Shown piece by piece: positions 14,399-27,500 of a stretch of 64,000 bases of DNA. Every line of letters begins with the position of its first letter. Position 1 is the first letter of the stretch. The position numbers and the translations under genes are program-made. The DNA comes from Octopus sinensis (taxonomy: Eukaryota), in assembly GCF_006345805.1 (NCBI RefSeq), contig NC_042998.1, positions 190,836,001 through 190,900,000 on the forward strand, read 5' to 3'. The notes under the pieces are model-generated. The model was not told the origin of the DNA, did not search any database, and saw only the letters and a program-made list of their open reading frames with translations.

Positions 14399-14660
14399 AC
14401 AATTGCAGCGTGGAAGGTGTTTATAAACCATTTAAAAACATACACAAAAAAATTATAACCGTTATATTCACAGGTCGCGGTCTCAAAGCGACGAAAATAT
14501 TTTGGCAAATTAAATTTAAATGTTGCAGTGAATCTAACGGTTTAATTTTTTCTGTGTGTTTTTTTAAATGACTTATAAACACCTTCCACGCTGCAATTGT
14601 TTTTGTTTCAGCACACGATCTCAGATCAGGTCATTTGCTATGCAAGTACATCTCCGTAAT
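14399..14660 (+). mobile_element. Foldback element (~72-bp inverted arms) with a hammerhead 3' half in the loop; PLE-like
   Basis: 14399-14471 is the reverse complement of 14528-14600; the loop contains GTCGC-GGTCTCAAA-GCGAC-GAA-AATATT-T. Confidence 0.65.
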
Positions 14661-15206
14661 ATATATATATATATATATATCATACCATATTCCCTTCGTA
14701 CTGTTTTCCAGAAGACCCTATATCTGCTGTCGGCTTGTCCAAAAACCCATAAGCCTCCTAATATATTTGTTACTAAGAATTATTTGGTGTCTGTAATGTG
14801 AAATGTTCACAGAGATAGAACTAATTACAAATTTAAAATGTCTGGAAAACATCTTATTTCAGTAGGTATGATTATTTATGATTTATTACAAGTAAGACAT
14901 CAGTCACAGGGCTAATTTGACATACAAAACACTTTATCGCGCACGCGTGTCTGTGTTCGTGTGCAGCCGCAATTGATTTTTTTAGTTTCAAAGTTCGAGC
15001 AATATTTAGTTAGCGCTAACCCCTCCATAATCTTGGAAATGTATCACCTCACCCACATACAAAAACAAACACGCATATACTCAGGCACACGAACACACTT
15101 CTACCTACACACACAGGTATATCACTGTGTGTATGTATGCATATACATATTAAGTTTCCAATATTATTGAGGCTTCCAAACCAGAATTTGCTCGATGTAA
15201 AATAAT

Positions 15207-15415
15207 CTTTTCTATTCTAGGCACAAGGCCTGAAATTTTGGATAAGGGGGCCAATCGATTAGATCAACCCCAGTACGCAACTGGTACTTAATTTATCGAC
15301 CCCGAAAGGATGGAAGGCAAAGTCGACCTCGGCGGACTTTGAACTGAGAACGTAAAGACAGACGAGATACTGCTAAGCATTTCGCCCGACGTGCTAACGT
15401 TTCTGCCAGTTCGCT
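15207..15415 (-). mobile_element. SINE family A, tail variant ii (..CAGGCCTTGTGCCTAGAATAGAAAAG)
   Basis: Head, B-box and body match the other family A copies. Confidence 0.9.
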
Positions 15416-15760
15416 ACCCCGCCCGATTATATATGCGTGTGCGTGTGTGTGTGTGCGTGTGTGGGTGTGTATGTAGGCATGTATGTATATATGTGCGTGC
15501 GTATACCCATGTATACCCATATTTATGAATGCTTACATATATACTTATATACACACCTACACACATACCTACATCTCTTCTTCCCCATCTACTAACCTAC
15601 CTCCTACATGCTTACCTTCCAATCTTCCTACCTACATGCCTATCTAACTACCTTCCTACCTACCTACCTACCTACCTACCTACCTACCTACCTACCTGCC
15701 CACATACATACCTACCTATATATATATATATATACATACATACATACATACATACATACA

Positions 15761-15796
<36 letters not shown>

Positions 15797-16177
15797 TGTA
15801 TACATATACTTATTGACATTTTGCAGAGATAGGTTTTCGATGGAATAGATTACGATTATATTGATAAAACTTAGAAAAACAATAACATATAGTTATTAAA
15901 TATATGGAAATTAGAAATATGTTTTGTTTAATTTTATTTTGAATTAATGTATTTCTTCTTTTATATTTTTTTGAAAATTAGTTTTTCAGCTCGTTACGTT
16001 GTATAAGCTGCAAGAATTTTGATAAAAGTTAAATCATATTTATTATATGCATGTCATATTTCCTGATATTACCTCAAATGGTAAAATTATACTTCCAAAG
16101 TTACCTGTTATATGATGAGTAATACTGTAGTAGTATGTATAATGTGTTAAAGTTGCCACTGCTTGAGAGGCCGTATG

Positions 16178-16605
16178 GGATCTTTTCGGTTTGAACGGCA
16201 GTTTTTACTAGCGGTGTCATGAAATTGTCACCCATAATTATGACCCTAGTATCGATATATTGCATTTCAATCTGTTTTAGGGTTAGAGTTAGTTAGGGTT
16301 AGGGTTAGGGGGTGAGGGTATCTTTTTTTCTTCGCAAATGTAAATAAACCCAATCTGTTTCTTAAACGAGGGACATATTCATGCGGCACAGAATGTTTTT
16401 TTTTACCTCAATAGATGTATTTGATTGGTTGAAATTGCAGAAATTGAAGGAAAAAACAACAAATATCTTACAAACTATAGAATTTTCTCAATAAAGCCAA
16501 GAGAAAAAGATGTTTTATAAACACATTCTACCAGTATACGAAGTTTAAATTTTTTTAGTTACCTAGAAATTATGTTAAAAACTGCCGTTCAAACGGAAAA
16601 AGTCC
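16178..16605. mobile_element. Non-autonomous TIR element with GG..CC termini and 8-bp TSD (Merlin-like), internal TTAGGG repeats
   Basis: TIRs GGATCTTTTCGGTTTGAACGGCAGTTTTT / AAAAACTGCCGTTCAAACGGAAAAAGTCC; GCCGTATG duplicated at 16170-16177 and 16606-16613; TTAGGG units at 16277-16310. Confidence 0.8.
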
Positions 16606-17087
16606 GCCGTATGTTATTTAATTTTAAATTTTATGCTATTTTGCCATCCGATGACTAGCCACACACATAAACACAAATACGTACACGTGAGACATGTTTG
16701 GACTAAAGTACAGCTGTACCAGCATGTTACGTCAGCAATTTCAATTATGCCACGCCGACTTACAACCCGCACCTCACGTAGCCACTAAGCAACTGAATCT
16801 CTTTTAATGGAATGATAATTACGCTGTAGGAGATGTCCGAGTAAATTCATTCTTTAATTAAACTGAGATGTCTGGCAACTGGTTTAGTCTGTGAGACAAT
16901 CTCCATCGGTAACTCTTTCGAGATTCAGTGACAGCGGCCATGTTGTAATAATAATAACTTTGATACTGTTACGAGTTGTGTGGTCGCTATTGTTAATGAA
17001 ATGAGTCAATTCACACATGATAATAATAAACGTTATTACAGGCTGTTGAACACATCATTGTGATATCAACTGATAGACTGTTGAATA

Positions 17088-17239
17088 GGCGCAGGAGTGG
17101 CTGTGTGGTAAGTAGCTTGCTAACCAACCACATGGTTCCGGGTTCAGTCTCACTTGGGCAAGTGTCTTCTGCTATGGCCCCGGGCCGACCAATGCCTTGT
17201 GAGTGGATTTGGTAGACGGAAACTGAAAGAAGCCTGTCG

Positions 17240-17276
<37 letters not shown>

Positions 17277-17493
17277 TTGTGTGTCTGTGTTTGTCCCCCT
17301 AGCATTGCTTGACAACCGATGCTGGTGTGTTTACGTCCCCGTCACTTAGCGGTTCGGCAAAAGAGACCGATAGAATAAGTACTGGGCTTACAAAGAATAA
17401 GTCCCGGGGTCGATTTTCTCGACTAAAGGCGGTGCTCCAGCATGGCCGCAGTCAAATGACTGAAACAAGTAAAAGAGTAAAAGAGTAAAAGAG
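17088..17493 (+). mobile_element. SINE family B, full length, young
   Basis: Near identity to 10578-10975. Confidence 0.92.
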
Positions 17494-17646
17494 TCTTAAT
17501 GATAACACTGACCAACTGTGATAACTACATCCTCAGACAACAGAATAAGGATAAAAACAAGCTTCATAGTGCTGAAAGATAATAATGATTTCTCACTTAG
17601 ATACCAGGTCAGAATGTTAAAGGAGAGTGGCTAACCGGTAACGCTG

Positions 17647-17792
17647 TACCTTTGTTGGACTGGTATTTTATTTTGGCGACCCTAGAGAGATGAAAGTCAA
17701 AATTAATCTCGGAGGGATTTGACTCAGGTAACGAAGAGCCGGAACTAATACCGCAAAGCAGTTTCACGCTTTAATGATTTCGCCATCTCAGC
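17647..17792 (-). mobile_element. Degenerate SINE family A relic
   Basis: ACTGGTATTTTATTTTGGCGACCC..GATGAAAGTCAAA..GGGATTTGACTCAG matches the family A minus-strand pattern. Confidence 0.55.
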
Positions 17793-18327
17793 TACATGCT
17801 ATTGCACAGTCGAAACGGGAACACTAAACTTCAATTATAAAAATAGTCACACACTGTTGAATAGTCTTAATGCTAGCAGTAGCCAACAACAACCGAACAG
17901 TCATGATCACCATTATTAGAAATTAACAATAGACACGTACGGTAGAACCATCTTCATAACAGCGATGAATGTAGAATGTTGAACTGCCATAATGATAGCA
18001 ATTACCACAATAATAATTTTGATCATAAGCTGTTGAATCCTCACTATAACCTTAGTCTAATCTATAACAGTTTATTAAAACCAGACAGTGCTCAGGAGCC
18101 ATTTCCAATATTTGTTTCATAATGTGTGTTGAATAATCCTGCTTTTTATTGGTTAAATAATCTTGGTCTTTATAAGTGTTCCATGAAATGGTGGTGATGT
18201 AATAAGGATAAAATGGTAGTGTGTATGTTAAGAAAGGTTCAGCCACTGTATTAAAGCTTATATTAAGTCTATCTGGGTGCTACGCACGGTTATATACATA
18301 CGTAAATACATACATGTACAGTCATAT

Positions 18328-18405
<78 letters not shown>

Positions 18406-18407
18406 AT

Positions 18408-18662
18408 ACATGAATCAAATATAAGGATAAAAATCTATATAAGAATTTATGAAGTACCCACCATGAAAAACCCAGTTAAGGGAAAAATTTATACAAAATA
18501 TATAATTATTCCCTCTAAATATATATATATATATATAAACATGAATTAAATACAAGGATAAAATCTATATAAGAATTTATGAAGTAGCCAGCATGAAAAA
18601 CCAGTTAAGGGAAAAATTTATACAAAATATATAATTATTCCCTTTAAATATATATATATATA
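18408..18662. repeat. 131-bp tandem duplication
   Basis: ACATGAAT..AAGGATAAAA(A)TCTATATAAGAATTTATGAAGTA..CCAGTTAAGGGAAAAATTTATAC occurs from 18408 and again from 18539. Confidence 0.9.
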
Positions 18663-19107
18663 TCTGTATGTATATTTGCACACGAACACATACACACAGC
18701 GTCCGTTTTTAAAATCTATCTCTACAGATTTTATGTAGAGATTAGAACTAACACTGAAAGTTACGACGTATACGAATACATTTACGTAAACAAAGCAATC
18801 GAAGATAAAAGAAAATAGGTAATGGTTATATATGCATCTTTCAGGGGTTTTTGCTCCTTCTTTTTCTACACCACATCCAACCCATTAACCATCCAGGTAA
18901 ATATTGCTTAAATACCCACTAAATTTCGCGGTTTAACACAATTGGATATATCAATTTTACATATAAAACACATTCCTGGCAGCTGATACGTACATATTCA
19001 TTGCTGGTAGGGGCAACGCATTTCGTTTTGCAACCATAATATACCACCAAGTATATTAAAGGGTGTATAAGTCAATACCGTATCCTGTCGTGTTAGAGAA
19101 ATGAATA

Positions 19108-19139
<32 letters not shown>

Positions 19140-19168
19140 GCTAGATATATAGATAGATAAAGCGAGAT

Positions 19169-19417
19169 AGGAGTGGCTGTGTGGTACGTAGCTTGCTTAC
19201 GAACCACATGGTTCCGGATTCAGTCCCACTGCGTGGTACCTTGGTAAGTGTCTTATACTATAGCCGACCAAAGCCTTGTGAGAGGATTTAGTAGACGAAA
19301 ACTGAAAGAAGTACTAGGCTTTCAAAGAATAAGTCCTGGGGTCGTTTTGCTCGACTGAAGGTTGTGCTCCAGTATGGTCACAGTCAAATGACTGAAACAA
19401 ATAAAAGAGTAAAAGAG
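19169..19417 (+). mobile_element. SINE family B with internal deletion
   Basis: Head and tail match family B; the middle is lost between GAAAGAAG and TACTAGGC. Confidence 0.85.
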
Positions 19418-20149
19418 CAAAGAGATAGATAGATAGATAGATAGATAGATACTGAGAGAGAGTGAGAGAGAGACCATGATATACAGTTTGAAGTCTATGT
19501 TAAATAAGATACGCTATTTTACTTAGTTCAATAAAACTATGTGTCATACACTATTTTACTTAGATCATAAAAACTCAGTGTCATAAAAACTATGTGTCAT
19601 TCCAACCGTACATCATGCACAAGAGATTTTTACTCTTCAAGTCATAGCAGGTTGATGGCTACGCCACTCTTGATTAACTATTTGCAAAGATGTTAGATAT
19701 TCGTTGTTTTTACGCATACATACGTAATATACACACTCATTATATGCTGGATACTATTCAAGAATCTGTCTGTAGTATAGTGTTTTAATGACGTATAGTA
19801 TATCTTCGGTAATATGTGATGCATTTCACAATACTTTTTCATGAAGTTTGCTGTTTAGAGTCGCTGATTCCATCTTTTAGCCCGATAATCTAATACACTA
19901 ATGTTCAATCGAAACTACACTTCAGACCAGCGTTATACAGTGTAACCCATTATCCTGTCCATAACAATAATAATATTGATTTCTAATTCAAATAAAGGCC
20001 ACAAAATTTAATAGAGATATAGTAGTAACTACATAGTACAAACCATTTTTCTAAAAGCTCTTTAGATTCTCCGAAAATACACCATGAATGTAACACTAAT
20101 TTCGATGGAAAGAAAACACTCAAACACATGCAAACAAACAGAAATATAC

Positions 20150-20180
<31 letters not shown>

Positions 20181-20243
20181 TGTATGTAGTATGTATGTAT
20201 GTATGTATGTATGTATGTATGTATGCATGCATGCATGTGAATG

Positions 20244-20289
<46 letters not shown>

Positions 20290-20291
<2 letters not shown>

Positions 20292-20990
20292 CGAGTTGCG
20301 TTTAAAAAGTTTCTGACTTAATTTATTTCCCATCAAAGCTAATGCCGCATGGCCAAAATCCTTTAAATGGTAGATGAGGGAACTCTTCTTATTCATGCGC
20401 AAAAATTTTCGCGACGGTAGGGCGCGTCAGTTCCCGGCTGCTATGCCGGGAGTACAAATGTGTACTGCGCGCGCATCGGATTTTCACTTACACCAAACGC
20501 ATCGAGCAGAGATATTTTATCAAGCTTATCGAAACATCCCAGAAGCTTCAGCAGGCTTTTGGCGATGATGCCATGGGCAAAACTCAGATCAAGGAAGACC
20601 CGCGTGTAGACAATGCAGGAAATTGTTCACGAAGTGGGAATAAGTGCAGAATTGGTGCATTTCATTTTAATGGAGGATTTGCTCATGCGGAGAGTGTTAG
20701 CGAAATTCGCCCCCAAGGTGCTGGTGGAGCAATAGAAGTAACCCTGCATAGAAACTGCTAGGAACATGCTAGACTGTGCAAACCACGAGCAAAACTTCAA
20801 GAAGACATCGTCAACGATCTATGGTCGAAAATCTGATGGGCGCACACTATACGGCTGTACTCTGAGCATAACAACCTGGAACTGACGCAGCCTAATGGCG
20901 TACCGGCGCGATCATTTTCACGCACACTTCCCACCCAAAGGATTTTGCCCGGGCGGCATTAATTACAGCGAGAAAACATAAAATCGGATG
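20290..20990 (+). mobile_element. Mariner transposon remnant with decayed transposase N-terminus
   Basis: TA-CGAGTTGCGTTTAAAAAGTTTCTGAC left end. From 20501 it translates to IEQRYFIKL..ETSQKLQQAFGDDAMGKTQIKE, then MQEIVHEVGISAELVHFILMEDLLMRRVLAKFAPK (mariner HTH region and degenerate WVP linker), with stops and deletions. Confidence 0.85.
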
Positions 20991-21054
20991 CATGTGTACA
21001 TGTATTTACATACATGTGGAGAATGTACACACACACACTCACACACACACACAT

Positions 21055-21428
21055 ACCGTCGTAGCACTCCGTCAGTTAGGACGACAAGGGTTCCAGCTGA
21101 TCTGATTAACAGAACAGCCTGCTCGTGAATTTCCGTGCAAGTGGCTGATCAATCCACAGACACACGTACCCTTAACGTAGTTCTCGGGGAGACTCAGCGT
21201 GACACAGTGTGTGACAAGGCTGGCCCTTTGAAATACACGTACAACAGAAACAGGAAGAACGAGTGAGAGAAAGTTGTGGTGAAAAAGTACAGCAGGGTAC
21301 ACCATCAACCCCTGCCGGAGAACGTGGAGCATTTAGGTGTTTTCGCTTAATAAACACTCACAACGCCCGGTTTGGGAATCGAAACCGCGATCCTACGATC
21401 GCGAATCCTCGGCCCTAACCACTGGGAT
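21055..21428 (-). mobile_element. tRNA-derived SINE (third family) with LINE-like 3' part
   Basis: Minus-strand head CCAGTGGTTAGGGCCGAGGATTCGCGATCGTAGGATCGCGGTTTCGATTCCC shows A- and B-box-like motifs. Confidence 0.75.
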
Positions 21429-23445
21429 ACATCAGTACCATTATCAGCATTGACAACAACAACGGCGGAACAGTAGCAGCAGGTGCACAAACCACAGCAG
21501 CAACAGCAGCCGTTCAAGAATTTGGACCTGGCGATCTCCATTTCCAGTGGTGTGGGGCGTCAACGAAGAGCCCTCGTCTACAACAAGACGACCAAAGTGT
21601 TTTTCTCCAAGGTCTGGGGGTCTCCTGCCCCTAAGCCCTAGACCATCACCTAATCACCCTTACCCGACTTGTTGCTTAAAAACAGCAGTAACAGCAACTG
21701 CAGCACCAGTAATAGCAGCAGCAGCAGCAGCAGTAGTAGTAGAAGTAGTAGTAGTAGTTGTAAAAACAACTAATATTTGTACGTGTTCGTTTCACCTGTG
21801 CAAGAAATAAGAAGCAAAGCATTCTAAATCTTACATCCTTAAAAGTGTTACAAACGGTGTTTCACATTAGACAATGTAAAGCACGGTTCATTGCGCATAG
21901 ATAAATAAGTAGGGCGATTACAGCTAAGATATTCTTGAACATAGAATTGCTCAATCGGGGCGGCTATATAGTGCTACCCACCCCACACATACAACAACAA
22001 CATCAATGGCATGGGCAGAAACAATAGCAATAAAATCGAAAACTGTTCAAAACTGGACACAACCATAACACTGAAACTGTGAATGAAATTGGATTTAGTT
22101 TGGTAAGACAGAAAAGTTTATCCGGATATATTGCTAATAAGCATTACCATGTCATTTGAAATTCTTATTAGGTCCATTTAAGTTTATATAATTCGAAAAG
22201 TGAATTTATTATTTCAAATCGACGTTTATATATTAATAAATTATGATCAAAACTATATTAAAATATCGAAAATAGTTTAAGAAGGATTTGTCGTGGAGCG
22301 AGCTATCATCTTATACAGTAATTTGACATCGTCCACAAATGTCCTGTATGCAATTTTGAATCATTTATAATGTCTAAAAACAGTAATTTTATATCTTGTA
22401 AAATCGAGCATTAAATCCACATAATTTCTTCGATAATATTGTAATTATATGTCTGCCAGTTTTGTTGTAAATCTTGATATCTCATCGATATAAAATCTAG
22501 TGGGCAAAATGTTACTTTGTGTCGTAACATTTGCACACAAAGCTATAAAAGTGAATATTGTAATAATATCTACTGCAAAATTATTACGTAGCTTCCATTA
22601 TACAGATGTAAAATGTTAGTCAGAGTATATATTATTCCAAGAAACGAAGATGATTCTCAACGTTTAGCAGTTTTAAGATAGCTGATGCTTTTGGCGTCTG
22701 GTGAGGTTGGTCGGAAAGTATTTCTAAATCATTCTTTTATAAAGACCACTCAGAAATTTCATCTTCAAGTTTAGCAACCAGGACGATACATTTAAAGCTA
22801 TATTTGTATTCTAGTTGAGGATAACCACAGATTCGTATAAAGTGTATAAACTAAAGATGCAAATGGACACTTTTATAAAGTTCAACAAAAACTTCACTAT
22901 AACTAATACGAAATATTTAGAGAGACGTATACCAGGGAGCCTGCTGATGTGTACACGTGAGTGTCTGCACCATTTAATTAGATTTAGAAATATAAATTGT
23001 AGAATATTTAATATTTGGCCGCGGCTTCCAATTTAACAAAACTTTCAAAGGGCGTTTAATCAGAAGCGGCAAAATTAATAACTGTTTCATTTTAGTATAA
23101 ATATAAAATTTACGATCGATTACTTTACTAAATAGTAAATGCTACTGTAGCCTCTAATACGAATAATGAATGGATGAAATCTGCATTTTTTGACATATAA
23201 TGAGTTAGCTCATTTAAGTGACACATGAAAGTACGATATTTAGGAGGCATGGCAGAGTGGTTGAAAGATTTGCTTCACAGCAAATTGGTTTTGGAATCGG
23301 TCCTATAAATCAGCACATTGGGTAAGTAAGAAACTTTTACCTTACTCTAGAGAAACAAAAGATGTGGCAGCAGAGGTCGATAAGTAAAAAGATAATGGGA
23401 GCGCGCACCCGAGGTACGAATGTGTGCCTCCATGCCTGCATATAT

Positions 23446-23512
<67 letters not shown>

Positions 23513-23544
23513 GTATGTAAATATGTGTGTGTGTGTGCGTGCGT

Positions 23545-24008
23545 AGGCATGGCTATGTGGTAAGAAGCTTGCCTCCCGACCATATGGTTCGGAGTCCAGT
23601 CTCACTGAGTGGAACCTAGGGCTAGTTTCTTCTCCTATAGCCTCGGGCCGACCAAAACCTTGTGAGCGGATTTGGCAGGTAGAAACTGAAAGAAATCCAT
23701 CTTTTATATGTATATATATAAGTGTGTGTGTGTATGCTTGTTTATATGTGTGTGTGTATGCGCATGATTGTTTATGTGTGTGTGTCCGCGTGCGTGCGTG
23801 TGTGTATATCTTTGTGTCTGTTTTTGTCTCCCCACCATCACTTGACAACCGGTGTTTTTATGTTTACGTCCCGTGAGTTAGTGGTTCAGTAAAAGAGTAC
23901 GATAAAATAAGTACAAGACTTTTTGAAAAATATGTGCTGAGGTCGGTATATTCGACTAAAAATTCTTCAAGGTGGGGCCCCATTTGACTGAAATAAGTCA
24001 AAGATAAA
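23545..24008 (+). mobile_element. SINE family B, older diverged copy
   Basis: GGCTATGTGGTAAGAAGCTTGCC head, GGAAACTGAAAGAA-like middle, GACTGAAATAAG tail. Confidence 0.8.
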
Positions 24009-24311
24009 CGAAAAAAGATACATACATACATACATACATATAGACGTACGTGTGCGTTTGGAAGGGTGGGTGTGCATGCATGCATACAAATATACATACA
24101 TATACATATGCACACGAACACACACAACTTAGATATTCCGTTAATATGGAGAACAGTGAGAAACAGAGAAATAACGCTGACTTTCTACACTGGATCTTAA
24201 AACTCCAAATCAAAAATTAATGGAATTGGTGCTAGATAAAAGAATAATGATAATGATAATGATGATAATAATAATATTCATAGTGATACTAATAAATAAT
24301 ATTATTATTGC

Positions 24312-24357
<46 letters not shown>

Positions 24358-24358
<1 letters not shown>

Positions 24359-24573
24359 TATGTTTGACTTTTGCTTTATGTCTGTACAAGTTGGCTCCAA
24401 GTATCACCCAGAGACCTCAAGAGACAACAGGTTGGAAGTTCACGTTGTTGTTATGCCTAGTGTGCCATATATTTGTTTTCTTATTTGGTGTTGTACTAGT
24501 GAATGTCTAATACATAAATTTTAAAAAAAAGAAGTTTGTTTTAAACCTTGGGATTACATAAAGAGTATTTTGC

Positions 24574-24575
<2 letters not shown>
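24358..24575 (-). mobile_element. 5'-truncated non-LTR retroelement end embedded in (TAA)n (R4/Dong-like)
   Basis: Flanked on both sides by (TAT)n. The minus strand begins with RKILFM*, resembling the ..HILRKxL C-terminus of RLE-type LINEs, followed by a 3'UTR-like segment and an (AAT)n tail. Confidence 0.45.
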
Positions 24576-24617
<42 letters not shown>

Positions 24618-26444
24618 GTTGTTGTTGCTGTTGTGTTTTTAGTTTCACTGGATATTTCTTTCTTTCTCATTTGGCTGATTAGATGATTGGAGTAGAGAAA
24701 AGTCTTCCGAAATTTAAAACCAAAATGGCCGCACAAATTGTTCTCTTTGTAAATCTCGATATGTCATGGAATGTTGAACTGTCGCTCTTAAATAAACTAC
24801 GCACACAAGCGTATATACATACATACATACATACACACGCATATAAAAATATAAATATAAATATAAATATAAATATATACATATATATGTATTTGTATGC
24901 TTGTGTGTGTGTGTACGTATGTATCTGCTTGTGTGTGATGTGTGTGTGTGTGTATACATATAGCTTTCAATCTATGTGCCAATCTAAATAACGTATTCTT
25001 ATACTCCCTCCATATACACATACACATTCATATGCAATAAATGCAGTTTTAAAATTGTTATCCGATAATTATGTGTGTGTATTGCTAAGAATATAAATAT
25101 CTCCACATGAAATATGAACATCAGCGTGCATACACATCCACAAATCTCGACATAAAAATGCATGTTTTATTTAATGGAAACTGCAAGTTACTTAAATAGA
25201 ACAATATTTGGAAAATTCATTAATTGTACATGACATTATAATTGCCTATAAATCATTTTACAATAAACTCTAATCATGCTCATCACTTCACTGTACGTTA
25301 CATAAAATTGTGTTACTATATATTATTATATTATATTATCATATTATATTATATTACCATAGTACACGTGCAGTGGTATAGTGATGGACATTCCTCTAAT
25401 GAGAGCTGTGGCGAACATGGGTCAAGAACAATAAGCAAGATAAAAAAATATTAAGATTAATAACAGATTAGATTAAACCATTGGTTGTTACTTACAAGTT
25501 TGTCATTGGAGTGTGTAAGGGTGTAGGTTTTGAAAAAAATTTTCGAGTTTCCGATAGACATGTGGAGCAGAAGTCAAGAATAAAAAACGAAATTTAACAC
25601 ATTTTCTCTCAACACGGATTTTCCATTTCTGTCTAAATTCTTTGAAAATCGAGCAAAGAAAGGAAAATAGAAAAAAGAAAAAGAAAGCAAGGAAGCAAAT
25701 GCCATTACCTGGGGAGGGGGCATCAACAATAACAATAACATCAATAACAAGAGTTTCAAACAGATAATGCAGTAGTGGGAGGACTAAAATAAAAGAAGGT
25801 AGGAGCGACAAAGACATCTTTTACAGACAAATGAAAGAAAGAGCGAGTGAAAGAGAGTGAAAGAGAGAGAAAGAGAGAGAGAGAGAGAGGAAAGAGAGAG
25901 AGAGAGAGAGAAGAGTTGGAAGGGAGAGGGAGAATGAAAAATAAAAACGTAGGATGAAGAATGGTGGAGGTGAATATAATGAGTGAAAGAAAGAAAAAAA
26001 CTAGAGTCGCCTAGGGAGAAAGAGAGATTGAGAGAGAGAGAGAGAGAGACATAGAAAGGGAAAGAAAGAGAGAGAGAGAGAAAGGTGGAGAGATAAATAG
26101 AGGGAGAGATACAAGGAATGCGAGATGATTAATAAAGAATAGAGGAGAAGTGTAGAGAGAAGGAGGTGGATGGAGAGAAAGAAAAGCAGAGATGTAACCA
26201 GAAGGACGTCTAGAATGTGACAGAATGAGAAATTATGAAGATTTCTGTGAGGAGTAGAATCAAGAAATATAAATGAAGAAAAACAACAACAGCAGCAGAA
26301 GTGGGAGTAGAATGGAGATGAAGTGACATATGTAAGAATGAGTAAATTTGAAAAGATAATGGCTTTGATGAAAATATGAATGAAGAATGAAGAAAGGAAA
26401 TTGTGGCAAAGATATAATAAATATAATACAAGTGGGATAAGAAC

Positions 26445-26501
<57 letters not shown>

Positions 26502-26569
26502 CTATCGATCTATCTATCTATCTCTACTATCTATCTATCTACCTATCTACCTACCTACCTACTACCTAC

Positions 26570-26643
<74 letters not shown>

Positions 26644-26668
26644 CCTATCTACCTACCTACCTACCTAT

Positions 26669-26745
<77 letters not shown>
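26445..26745. repeat. (TATC)n/(TACC)n compound microsatellite
   Basis: Direct inspection. Confidence 0.95.
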
Positions 26746-27120
26746 ATTTGTGTATCTATGATAGAACGAAATAAAGGAGGATATAGGAAATAATGAGACG
26801 AGTAAAAAGGAAAAAATGAGAAAGACGAGACAAAATTAAGAGGTTAAAAGGAGAAGACATGGAGGATTGTACTTGTAGAATTGTAAAGAAAATATTAGAG
26901 CCCACTCCTCCAAAAAAGCCTATTTAGAAGTAGAGTAAACAAGTTTCATACTGGGACAACTGCAGAACATTTGTCTCTGAACAAACAAGCTCAGACGAAG
27001 ATGGAGAAGAGTCAGAGTTTTACTATTTAGAGCTAGTTGATTTTGGATATCACATGAAAGTTGTCTTTACTGTTATGGTTATAATTGTACAATATAGTAA
27101 AATAAATAATTAAGTAATAA

Positions 27121-27500
27121 TTGGTTTCAAATTTTGCCTCAAGTTCAGGGGATGAGTTAAGTTGATTATATCGAACCTAGTTCTCAATTGGTACTTATTT
27201 TATCGATACTGAAAGGATTAAAGGCAAAGTCGACCTCGGGGGAATTGGAAATCAAAACGTGAAGACGGACGAAATACCTATTTCTTTACTACCCACAAGG
27301 GGCTAAACACAGAGGAGATAAACAAAGACAGACATACGGATTAAGTCGATTATATCGACCCCAGTGCGAACTAGTACTTAATTTATCGACCCGAATGGAT
27401 GAAAGGCAAAGTCGACCTCGGCGGAATTTGAACTCAGAACGTAACGGCAGACGAAATGCCGCTAAGCATTTTGCCCGGCGTGCAAACAATTCTGCCAGGT
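27121..27500 (-). mobile_element. Two joined SINE family A units (younger unit 27279-27500 plus headless older unit 27121-27278)
   Basis: Junction on the element strand reads AAAGAAATA|GGTATTTCGTC. Confidence 0.85.

Noticed and set aside
26930-27115. Short open frame with acidic SDEDGEESE stretch
   Set aside because: Under 60 aa, poor acceptor, no recognisable family
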